Shown here piece by piece: positions 1 through 9,100 of a DNA stretch of 64,000 nucleotides. Position 1 is the stretch's first letter. Every line of letters starts with the position of its first letter. Made by a program: the position numbers and the translations under genes. The stretch comes from Azolla caroliniana (lineage: Eukaryota > Plantae > Polypodiophyta), in the NCBI GenBank assembly GCA_043228905.1, contig JBHGNT010000007.1, positions 16,678,001 to 16,742,000 on the forward strand. Direction: 5' to 3'. The notes under the pieces were generated by a model, which saw nothing but the letters and a program-made list of their open reading frames with translations, was not told where the DNA came from and did no database searches.

Positions 1-3000
1 TTGGAAACGTCAATTGGAGGTGGGGGAGGTGTAACACGACCCGGAATAGAGCTCGTTGTGTAGGGCTCCAAAAGTGAAACATGGAAGACCGGGTGAAGAC
101 GCATATGAGGAGGAAGATCAAGACGAAATGTCACATCATTGATCTTACCACTTATGACATATGGGCCAAAACGTTGATAATCCAATTTGTAGCAAGGTCG
201 GGTCGTTTTAATGCTACCTTGTAAGAGCCATACACGATCGCCTACTTGAAATGTAGTCGATGAATCACGCCGATGACGGTCAGCAATCTTCTTTTGAGTG
301 TTTTGGGCTTCACATAAATGATGCAAAAGCATATCCTGAACTTCTTGGAGTCGAGTGAGCCGATCTTCAGCAGCTGGGTTTTTTGGGAGTTCAGGATGTT
401 CAAGCATCGTCCAACGAGGATGGTACCCAATGTTTGCGAAAAATGGGGAATATCCAGTAGAAGAATGCTCGGAGTTGTTATAAGCAAATTCTGCCAAAGG
501 TAGTAAATCCACCCAATCATCTTGTTGATAGTTGACAAAACAACGTAGATATTGCTCGACTGTTTGGTTGGTGCGCTCACTCTGCCCATTAGTCTCTGGA
601 TGGTAGCCGGAAGAGAGTTTACAAGAAGTATGTAAGAGTTTGAACATGTGCCGCCAAAATTTCGAGATGAATTGGGGACCCCGATCACTGATAATATCAT
701 CCGGAAGACCATGATGGCGAAACACCTCCCGCATGAGTAAATCAGCTGTCTCTTGACTAGTAATGGTCTTTGTGCATGGAAGGAAATGTGCCATCTTCGT
801 AAAACGATCGACAACCGTGAGAATCGAATCAAATCCCTTGGAAGGTGGAAGATCCGTAATAAAGTCCAAGGAAATAGATTTCCATGGGCTCTCCGGAATA
901 GGCATGGGCTGTAATAAGCCACATGGATGATGTCGAGGCTTTTTTGATCGACAACATGTATCACAGCTACGAACATAATCCGTAACAAAATGGCGAAGCC
1001 GTGGCCACCAATATCGGCGAGAAATCAACTCAAAAGTCTTGTGGATGCCGAAGTGTCCCGCCATTGGTGTGTCATGACATTGTTGCATGACTTTGAGTCG
1101 AGAAGGACCGTCAGGCACATACAAGAGAGTTTGTCGAAAAAGTAACCCATCATGCCAACTAAACTGGGTGTAGTCTAGACGAGGATTTTGAGTTTGGGAG
1201 CTAGATGCACGATTTGGGATAATATGGCTCAAAACCTCTTGGGCGAACGCATCAGTCGCAATCTGCTCACGAATGGAATCAAGAAGCCTTGAATCTCCCG
1301 GTGTGTTGATAGTATGCATTGCCATTATTCGTAGACGATCAGGACCTAAGAGGATTTGCTTTTGGCTTTCAAATGCGGCCTCTCCAGGTTGAAGTTCCAT
1401 ATACGAACGTCTAGATAAAGCATCTGCTTTTCCTTGTTGCATCCCAGGGCGATATAGAATTACAAAATCGAAACGAGTTAAGAACTGCGCCCAACGAGCT
1501 TGTCGTCGATTCAAGACTCGAGCACTTTGAAAGTATGTTAGATTTTTATGATCATTGTAGACAATAATCTGCTGAGAAGAACCCTCTAGAAAATGACGCC
1601 ATTGTTGAAAAGAATCCACAATGGCAAGAAGCTCTTTGTCGTGAATCTCATAGTTGATTTCTGCGGCTTCAAATTTTCGTGAGTGAAAAGCCACCGGGTG
1701 CAGTTCACCATCATCACCAATTTGGGATAGTACACTTCCGAGTGCGAAATCCGATGCATCAGCTTCAAGTATAAAGCGCCTCATTGGATCGACATGGATT
1801 AAGATTGGTGCGGATGTAAATGCTTGCTTTAAACCCTCAAATGCAGAGTTCGCATCTATACTCCATACAAATGATCGATTCTTGTGCGTCAGTTGAGTGA
1901 GGGGCAACACAATTTTTGAATAATCTTTGATGAACTTGCGATAAAAGTTTGCGAACCCCAAAAAACATTGCACATCTCGCACGGACTGTGGTGTTTGCCA
2001 ATCCAAAATTGTTTGAACCTTTGATGGATCCATAGAGATGCCATTTGAAGAGACTATGTACCCCAAAAACTCCACTTGACATTGGTCGAAACTACACTTC
2101 TCCAATTTTGCATAGAGACCATACTCTCGTAGCCGTTGCAAAACTTGGCGAACATGTATATCATGTTCTTCTTGAGTTTTTGAGTAGATCAAGATATCAT
2201 CCAGGTAAACAATGATGAAGATATCGAGGAAGTCTCGAAAAATATCATTCGCCATATGTTGGAAGACTGCTGGTGCATTCGTGAGGCCAAAAGGCATCAC
2301 TGTGTACTCAAAATGACCATAGCGAGTGCGGAACGCCGTCTTCCATTCATCCCCAGGACGAATTCGAACAAGGTTGTAGGCACCTCGAAGATCTAACTTC
2401 GTCAAATACTTTGCTTCACTGAGGCGTTCTAGAAGGCTTGAGATCAATGGGAGAGCATATCGGTTTCTAACGGTCACTTTATTCAAGCCTCGATAATCCA
2501 CGACCATACGAAGCGTACCATCTTTCTTCTTAACGAAAAAGATGGGTGCACCAGCAGGAGATTTTGAATGTTGGATGAAACCATTTGCCAAGTTCTCATT
2601 GATATATTCTCGAAGAACCTCTAACTCCGTGGGCGAAAGATTATAAATTGGTCCCCATGGAGGCTCTTTTCCTGGCTGCAAATCAATTGGGCAATCATAT
2701 GGTCGATGCTCTGGTAGTCTATTAGCCTTCACCTTATCGAACACATCGGAGAATTCTATGTACTTCTTTGGTAGTTGGACCCCCAATTCTTGTGAGCTAG
2801 ATGAGGGAGTTGCTAAAACCGCAAATACCATCATGTCTTCCTTTCTTCCATCCTCTCGTAATTGATGTATAGAGATTGTTGAAATTGTGGGGGATCCTAG
2901 ATCCTTAGTTGGAGCTTCAAGAGACTTGGATTGTACGGTGACCTCTTCAATAGTTCTTTTTCTCCAATCAATGGTTGGGTTATGTAACTCAAACCAAGGA

Positions 3001-3365
3001 AGACCAAGAACTAGAGAGTGCTCCGGACTACTAATGATGTTAAATGAGATGACACTAGCCAAATTACCTAGGACTACACGAATTGGTTCAGACTCTTCGA
3101 CTATATCTCCTGATGCTATAGGGCGACCATCGATGACTCCTACAGCTACTGGGTTTGGGAGTTTTTTCAAGATGATGTTTTGAGTCAATGCAAACTCGCG
3201 ATCCATGAAACAAGAATTGGCTCCGGAATCTAGGAGGGCAGAGGCTAGGGCGCGATGACCTGTAGATGTGCTAAGCTCGACTTGTGCAGAAAAAACTCTA
3301 CTAACTTGATTTGATGCAATGGAACCACAACTAGGTACTGACTCTACATAACTAGGATGGTCCAA
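1..3365 (-). CDS. pol polyprotein (PR-RT-RNaseH-INT) of family A copy 1, 3'-truncated by the window edge
   Basis: Nearly identical to ORF 9063-12614 (LDSGA protease, YLDD RT, DASD RNase H, HHCC and DDE integrase motifs). Confidence 0.9.
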   Translation of the reverse strand, partial: MDHPSYVESVPSCGSIASNQVSRVFSAQVELSTSTGHRALASALLDSGANSCFMDREFALTQNIILKKLPNPVAVGVIDGRPIASGDIVEESEPIRVVLGNLASVISFNIISSPEHSLVLGLPWFELHNPTIDWRKRTIEEVTVQSKSLEAPTKDLGSPTISTISIHQLREDGRKEDMMVFAVLATPSSSSQELGVQLPKKYIEFSDVFDKVKANRLPEHRPYDCPIDLQPGKEPPWGPIYNLSPTELEVLREYINENLANGFIQHSKSPAGAPIFFVKKKDGTLRMVVDYRGLNKVTVRNRYALPLISSLLERLSEAKYLTKLDLRGAYNLVRIRPGDEWKTAFRTRYGHFEYTVMPFGLTNAPAVFQHMANDIFRDFLDIFIIVYLDDILIYSKTQEEHDIHVRQVLQRLREYGLYAKLEKCSFDQCQVEFLGYIVSSNGISMDPSKVQTILDWQTPQSVRDVQCFLGFANFYRKFIKDYSKIVLPLTQLTHKNRSFVWSIDANSAFEGLKQAFTSAPILIHVDPMRRFILEADASDFALGSVLSQIGDDGELHPVAFHSRKFEAAEINYEIHDKELLAIVDSFQQWRHFLEGSSQQIIVYNDHKNLTYFQSARVLNRRQARWAQFLTRFDFVILYRPGMQQGKADALSRRSYMELQPGEAAFESQKQILLGPDRLRIMAMHTINTPGDSRLLDSIREQIATDAFAQEVLSHIIPNRASSSQTQNPRLDYTQFSWHDGLLFRQTLLYVPDGPSRLKVMQQCHDTPMAGHFGIHKTFELISRRYWWPRLRHFVTDYVRSCDTCCRSKKPRHHPCGLLQPMPIPESPWKSISLDFITDLPPSKGFDSILTVVDRFTKMAHFLPCTKTITSQETADLLMREVFRHHGLPDDIISDRGPQFISKFWRHMFKLLHTSCKLSSGYHPETNGQSERTNQTVEQYLRCFVNYQQDDWVDLLPLAEFAYNNSEHSSTGYSPFFANIGYHPRWTMLEHPELPKNPAAEDRLTRLQEVQDMLLHHLCEAQNTQKKIADRHRRDSSTTFQVGDRVWLLQGSIKTTRPCYKLDYQRFGPYVISGKINDVTFRLDLPPHMRLHPVFHVSLLEPYTTSSIPGRVTPPPPPIDVS

Positions 3366-3391
3366 CCAAATGGCTCCTATTTTGGCCGGAC

Positions 3392-4519
3392 TTATTCGTT
3401 TAACACATCCTCTAATTGGCTCAAGACATCAAATCTATTCTCATGGCATGGGCTATTAGGCTTAGTACTTAAGTTATTAGAAGTGATAGTAGAACTTGAT
3501 GTAGGGTTGTCATGTGCACTTACTTGGTAAACTTGACGCCTGGGTTTATGTGGACAATTCACAGCTATATGTCCTGGACCACCACAGTAGAGGCATAGGC
3601 GATGCGCCCGACGTCGTTGTTTCTCAGCATCTGATAAGGGCCCTCGACGTTGTGTCGACTCTATTTCCATCGGAGTGGGACCATCCCTCGTAACGGGTCT
3701 AGAACCTTGTGGCGGTGTGGCGACTATAGAAGCGTATGTCTGTTCCGGTTGGCGGCGTAACATTTGTTGACGTTCAGAACGTCGCTCAAATAGGCGATTA
3801 TCACATCGCACAGCTCGGCTAATAGCTTCAGTAAGAGACTTTGGATCTTCATGGAAAGTAAGAAGAAGATCTTTGACATCGTTACGCAAACCCTGACGGA
3901 ATTGATCCATTAAGGCTGCCTCATCCCAAGGGATGTCGCATGCCAAGAGACGGAAATCTGCGGCATAAGCTGAAGCGGGACGATCTCCTTGTCGGAGTCT
4001 TCGAATCTTGTTTATTGCAGTCCTAGTGCTATCCGTATCTCCAAAACTAGCTTGAAACTCCTTAACGAATGCCTCGAAATCCTCCAGTAATGGTGATTTC
4101 TTCTCAAGAAGTGGTGCAAACCATGCTAACGCTGTACCGCTTAGCAAGGTTCCTATTAATCCCACACGGGCAGCATCAGTTGGATACCGATTGGGATGTA
4201 ACTGAATCACCAAACGAACTTGATTCAGGAAACCTCGAAAGAGAGATCTGGTACCATCAAACTTGGCAGGGAGGCTAATCTTTGGTTCCCTTGGGGAGTT
4301 TTGAACCCCCGCCGCTTGTTCTCGTAATGTTAATATAGTAGCCTCAAGTTGATGAACCCGTTGTGATAACTCCTCATATTGATGAGCTTTCTCAGTACTG
4401 ACTTGTTGAAGATCCCCGAGTAGCCTTTGATTTTCTTGCTCTAATGCCACAAACTTAGTGGTGAGCATATCGAGCTCCGAAAGGACACGCATATACTCTT
4501 GCTTGCTGACCGACTCCAT
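3392..4519 (-). CDS. Gag of family A copy 1
   Basis: 375 aa ORF with N-terminal coiled coil, PAKFDG, LRQG motif and CCHC knuckle CLYCGGPGHIAVNC. Confidence 0.93.
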   Translation of the reverse strand: MESVSKQEYMRVLSELDMLTTKFVALEQENQRLLGDLQQVSTEKAHQYEELSQRVHQLEATILTLREQAAGVQNSPREPKISLPAKFDGTRSLFRGFLNQVRLVIQLHPNRYPTDAARVGLIGTLLSGTALAWFAPLLEKKSPLLEDFEAFVKEFQASFGDTDSTRTAINKIRRLRQGDRPASAYAADFRLLACDIPWDEAALMDQFRQGLRNDVKDLLLTFHEDPKSLTEAISRAVRCDNRLFERRSERQQMLRRQPEQTYASIVATPPQGSRPVTRDGPTPMEIESTQRRGPLSDAEKQRRRAHRLCLYCGGPGHIAVNCPHKPRRQVYQVSAHDNPTSSSTITSNNLSTKPNSPCHENRFDVLSQLEDVLNE

Positions 4520-4604
4520 AACCGCGGGGGAAAAAGAAAGAAGGATAAAGAAGAAAGCTTGCTAGGGTTATTGGAGAAAGGGAAAAGAAATATTTGGTTC
4601 AAAC

Positions 4605-5153
4605 TGTCGTGACTCTTGAGTAGGAAGCAGAGAGAGAGAGATGGCGATAGAGATAACGATAACGATAGAGATGGCGAGAGCGGTAGAGATAGCGATAGCG
4701 ATAGCAAAAGAGAGTGAAAGAGGGAGAGAGTGCGAGAGAGAGAAAAGTATAAGTGAGAGATAAGAAATGGGAATGCGATTATATTATGAGAAAGAAGATT
4801 ACAAGGAGTAGGCTAAGGGCTAAAGACTGGTGTTGAACCGAATGAGTTGTGATGAGTGTATGGACTCTTATTTATAGGCCCTTATGGAGTATTCTAGAAT
4901 GTTCTAGAATATTTTAGATATTTATGAATAATAATAATAATAAATATAATCATGAAATATTCAAGAACATTCTAGAATAATCTAGAATGTTCTAAATATC
5001 TCGCCATAACTAAACATATAATTATTATGATTACATCTCACATATGTTATTACAATGGTTAAAGTACAATATGTAAACCAAGAGGTTATGGGTTCGATTC
5101 CTGGTTTGCCAAGATGAATGTCATGATAACCCAAGATGTATGTCTTCATGACA
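4605..5153 (-). repeat. 5' LTR of family A copy 1 (549 bp)
   Basis: Matches 5485-6033 and 13854-14402; TG/CA termini; TATAAA on minus at 4871-4876. Confidence 0.95.
5048..5111 (+). other. tRNA-like Pol III type-2 promoter module (A box + B box) in the family A LTR U3, antisense to the element
   Basis: TATTACAATGG (5048) ... AGGTT ... GGTTCGATTCC (5091); repeated in every A LTR copy. Not a complete cloverleaf. Confidence 0.65.
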
Positions 5154-5155
5154 TT

Positions 5156-5482
5156 CAGTTTGAACCGAATGAGTTGTGATGAGTGTATGGACTCTTATTT
5201 ATAGGCCCTTATGGAGTATTCTAGAATGTTCTAGAATATTTTAGATATTTATGAATAATAATAATAATAAATATAATCATGAAATATTCAAGAACATTCT
5301 AGAATAATCTAGAATGTTCTAAATATCTCGTAATAACTAAACATATAATTATTATGATTACATCTCACATATGTTATTACAATGGTTAAAGTACAATATG
5401 TAAACCAAGAGGTTATGGGTTCGATTCCTGGTTCGCCAAGATGAATGTCATGATAAGCCAAGATGTATGTCTTCATGACATT
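5156..5482. repeat. Partial family A LTR (U3 only) fused to CA-GT-PBS; probable fold-back cDNA fragment
   Basis: Plus strand reads CAGTTTGAACCGAAT and then continues as the U3 portion of the LTR to ...CATGACA-TT. Confidence 0.85.
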
Positions 5483-6025
5483 ACTGTCGTGACTCTTGAG
5501 TAGGAAGCAGAGAGAGAGCGATGGCGATAGAGATAACGATAACGATAGAGATGGCGAGAGCGGTAGAGATAGCGATAGTGATAGCAAAAGAGAGTGAAAA
5601 AGGGAGAGAGTGCGAGAGAGAGAAAAGTATAAGTGAGAGATAAGAAATGGGAATGAGATTATATTATGAGAAAGAAGATTACAAGGAGTAGGCTAAGGGC
5701 TAAAGACTGGTGTTGAACCGAATGAGTTGTGATGAGTGTATGGACTCTTATTTATAGGCCCTTATGGAGTATTCTAGAATGTTCTAGAATATTTTAGATA
5801 TTTATGAATAATAATAATAATAAATATAATCATGAAATATTCAAGAACATTCTAGAATAATCTAGAATGTTCTAAATATCTCGTAATAACTAAACATATA
5901 ATTATTATGATTACATCTCACATATGTTATTACAATGGTTAAAGTACAATATGTAAACCAAGAGGTTATGGGTTCGATTCCTGGTTCGCCAAGATGAATG
6001 TCATGATAAGCCAAGATGTATGTCT

Positions 6026-9000
6026 TCATGACATTATCCCCCCTTTTCGATGACGAGTTGCACGAGTCGGAAGAAAAGAGTTCAGACTTGGTTTATGAGG
6101 ATATTGGTTGTGAAATGCAACAACCATGTCGGAGGCATTGGCAAGATGTTCGGCAGGCTCCCATGTTCGATCATTAGGTGTATAGCCTAACCAATCAACC
6201 AAGTAGTATAGTTTGTTGCGAATGATCTTGGAGTCGAGGATAGCGGCAACCTCATATTCAGAGCCATTGGAAACGTCAATTGGAGGTGGGGGAGGTGTAA
6301 CACGACCCGGAATAGAGCTCGTTGTGTAGGGCTCCAAAAGTGAAACATGGAAGACCGGGTGAAGACGCATATGAGGAGGAAGATCAAGACGAAATGTCAC
6401 ATCATTGATCTTACCACTTATGACATATGGGCCAAAACGTTGATAATCCAATTTGTAGCAAGGTCGGGTCGTTTTAATGCTACCTTGTAAGAGCCATACA
6501 CGATCGCCTACTTGAAATGTAGTCGATGAATCACGCCGATGACGGTCAGCAATCTTCTTTTGAGTGTTTTGGGCTTCACATAAATGATGCAAAAGCATAT
6601 CCTGAACTTCTTGGAGTCGAGTGAGCCGATCTTCAGCAGCTGAGTTTTTTGGGAGTTCAGGATGTTCAAGCATCGTCCAACGAGGATGGTACCCAATGTT
6701 TGCAAAAAATGGGGAATATCCAGTAGAAGAATGCTCGGAGTTGTTATAAGCAAATTCTGCCAAAGGTAGTAAATCCACCCAATCATCTTGTTGATAGTTG
6801 ACAAAACAACGTAGATATTGCTCGACTGTTTGGTTGGTGCGCTCACTCTGCCCATTAGTCTCTGGATGGTAGCCGGAAGAGAGTTTACAAGAAGTATGTA
6901 AGAGTTTGAACATGTGCCGCCAAAATTTCGAGATGAATTGGGGACCCCGATCACTGATAATATCATCCGGAAGACCATGATGGCGAAACACCTCCCGCAT
7001 GAGTAAATCAGCTATCTCTTGACTAGTAATGGTCTTTGTGCATGGAAGGAAATGTGCCATCTTCGTAAAACGATCGACAACCGTGAGAATCGAATCAAAT
7101 CCCTTGGAAGGTAGAAGATCCGTAATAAAGTCCAAGGAAATAGATTTCCATGGGCTCTCCGGAATAGGCATTGGCTGTAATAAGCCATATGGATGATGTC
7201 GAGGCTTTTTTGATCGGCAACATGTATCACAGCTACGAACATAATCCGTAACAAAATGGTGAAGCCGTGGCCACCAATATCGGCGAGAAATCAACTCAAA
7301 AGTCTTGTGGATGCCGAAGTGTCCCACCATTGGTGTGTCATGACATTGTTGCATGACTTTGAGTCGAGAAGGACCGTCAGGCACATACAAGAGAGTTTGT
7401 CGAAAAAGTAACCCATCATGCCAACTAAACTGGGTGTAGTCTAGACGAGGATTTTGAGTTTGGGAGCTAGATGCACGATTTGGGATAATATGGCTCAAAA
7501 CCTCTTGGGCGAACGCATCAGTCGCAATCTGCTCACGAATGGAATCAAGAAGCCTTGAATCTCCCGGTGTGTTGATGGTATGCATTGCCATTATTCGTAG
7601 ACGATCAGGACCTAAGAGGATTTGCTTTTGGCTTTCAAATGCGGCCTCTCCAGGTTGAAGTTCCATATACGAACGTCTAGATAAAGCATCTGCTTTTCCT
7701 TGTTGCATCCCAGGGCGATATAGAATTACAAAATCGAAACGAGTTAAGAACTGCGCCCAACGAGCTTGTCGTCGATTCAAGACTCGAGCACTTTGAAAGT
7801 ATGTTAGATTTTTATGATCATTGTAGACAATAATCTGCTGAGAAGAACCCTCCAGAAAATGACGCCATTGTTGAAAAGAATCCACAATGGCAAGAAGCTC
7901 TTTGTCGTGAATCTCATAGTTGATTTCTGCGGCTTCAAATTTTCGTGAGTGAAAAGCCACCGGGTGCAGTTCACCATCATCACCAATTTGGGATAGTACA
8001 CTTCCGAGTGCGAAATCCGATGCATCAGCTTCAAGTATAAAGCGCCTCATTGGATCGACATGGATTAAGATTGGTGCGGATGTAAATGCTTGCTTTAAAC
8101 CCTCAAATGCAGAGTTCGCATCTATACTCCATACAAATGGTCGATTCTTGTGCGTCAGTTGAGTGAGGGGCAACACAATTTTTGAATAATCTTTGATGAA
8201 CTTGCGATAAAAGTTTGCGAACCCCAAAAAACATTGCACATCTCGCACGGACTGTGGTGTTTGCCAATCCAAAATTGTTTGAACCTTTGATGGATCCATA
8301 GAGATGCCATTTGAAGAGACTATGTACCCCAAAAACTCCACTTGACATTGGTCGAAACTACACTTCTCCAATTTTGCATAGAGACCATACTCTCGTAGCC
8401 GTTGCAAAACTTGGCGAACATGTATATCATGTTCTTCTTGAGTTTTTGAGTAGATCAAGATATCATCCAGGTAAACAATGATGAAGATATCGAGGAAGTC
8501 TCGAAAAATATCATTCGCCATATGTTGGAAGACTGCTGGTGCATTCGTGAGGCCAAAAGGCATCACTGTGTACTCAAAATGACCATAGCGAGTGCGGAAC
8601 GCCGTCTTCCATTCATCCCCAGGACGAATTCGAACAAGGTTGTAGGCACCTCGAAGATCTAACTTCGTGAAATACTTTGCTTCACTGAGGCGTTCTAGAA
8701 GGCTTGAGATCAATGGGAGAGCATATCGGTTTCTAACGGTCACTTTATTCAAGCCTCGATAATCCACGACCATACGAAGCGTACCATCTTTCTTCTTAAC
8801 GAAAAAGATGGGTGCACCAGCAGGAGATTTTGAATGTTGGATAAAACCATTTGCCAAGTTCTCATTGATATATTCTCGAAGAACCTCTAACTCCGTGGGC
8901 GAAAGATTATAAATTGGTCCCCATGGAGGCTCTTTTCCTGGCTGCAAATCAATTGGGCAATCATATGGTCGATGCTCTGGTAGTCTATTAGCATTCACCT

Positions 9001-9100
9001 TATCGAACACATCGGAGAATTCTATGTACTTCTTTGGTAGTTGGACCCCCAATTCTTGTGAGCTAGATGAGGGAGTTGCTAAAACCGCAAATACCATCAT
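6026..9100 (-). CDS. Duplicated pol segment RT-RNaseH-INT-chromodomain (lacks protease)
   Basis: 1024 aa ORF with YLDD, DASD, integrase core and chromodomain YEVAAILDSK...YLVDWLGY...TWEP; stop codon lies inside the 3' LTR. Confidence 0.9.
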   Translation of the reverse strand: MMVFAVLATPSSSSQELGVQLPKKYIEFSDVFDKVNANRLPEHRPYDCPIDLQPGKEPPWGPIYNLSPTELEVLREYINENLANGFIQHSKSPAGAPIFFVKKKDGTLRMVVDYRGLNKVTVRNRYALPLISSLLERLSEAKYFTKLDLRGAYNLVRIRPGDEWKTAFRTRYGHFEYTVMPFGLTNAPAVFQHMANDIFRDFLDIFIIVYLDDILIYSKTQEEHDIHVRQVLQRLREYGLYAKLEKCSFDQCQVEFLGYIVSSNGISMDPSKVQTILDWQTPQSVRDVQCFLGFANFYRKFIKDYSKIVLPLTQLTHKNRPFVWSIDANSAFEGLKQAFTSAPILIHVDPMRRFILEADASDFALGSVLSQIGDDGELHPVAFHSRKFEAAEINYEIHDKELLAIVDSFQQWRHFLEGSSQQIIVYNDHKNLTYFQSARVLNRRQARWAQFLTRFDFVILYRPGMQQGKADALSRRSYMELQPGEAAFESQKQILLGPDRLRIMAMHTINTPGDSRLLDSIREQIATDAFAQEVLSHIIPNRASSSQTQNPRLDYTQFSWHDGLLFRQTLLYVPDGPSRLKVMQQCHDTPMVGHFGIHKTFELISRRYWWPRLHHFVTDYVRSCDTCCRSKKPRHHPYGLLQPMPIPESPWKSISLDFITDLLPSKGFDSILTVVDRFTKMAHFLPCTKTITSQEIADLLMREVFRHHGLPDDIISDRGPQFISKFWRHMFKLLHTSCKLSSGYHPETNGQSERTNQTVEQYLRCFVNYQQDDWVDLLPLAEFAYNNSEHSSTGYSPFFANIGYHPRWTMLEHPELPKNSAAEDRLTRLQEVQDMLLHHLCEAQNTQKKIADRHRRDSSTTFQVGDRVWLLQGSIKTTRPCYKLDYQRFGPYVISGKINDVTFRLDLPPHMRLHPVFHVSLLEPYTTSSIPGRVTPPPPPIDVSNGSEYEVAAILDSKIIRNKLYYLVDWLGYTPNDRTWEPAEHLANASDMVVAFHNQYPHKPSLNSFLPTRATRHRKGGIMS

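Larger units (their letters stand above)
1..5153 (-). mobile_element. Ty3/Gypsy chromovirus (Tcn1/Tf1-sushi-like), family A copy 1; 3' end runs off the window
   Basis: 5' LTR 4605-5153 (TG...CA on minus), then PBS-like GTTTGAACC, gag 3392-4519 and pol. Near-identical to 9250-14402. Confidence 0.95.

Noticed and set aside
242-988. 248-aa ORF and its repeats (9491-10237, 6508-6978) as an extra retroelement gene
   Set aside because: Alternate-frame shadow of integrase; broken in one A copy and not conserved in family B.
3392-4519. Domesticated PEG10/RTL1-like host gene
   Set aside because: The gag resembles that lineage but sits in multi-copy elements with LTRs, PBS and PPT.
4441-4707. Ser/Leu-rich ORFs (also 5309-5587)
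   Set aside because: Translation of the GA/CT-rich microsatellite in the LTR U5.
5040-5115. Functional tRNA gene in the family A LTR (ends near ...GCCA)
   Set aside because: No acceptor stem or anticodon stem can be formed; only promoter-box and T-arm-like parts persist, so it is reported as a tRNA-like module instead.
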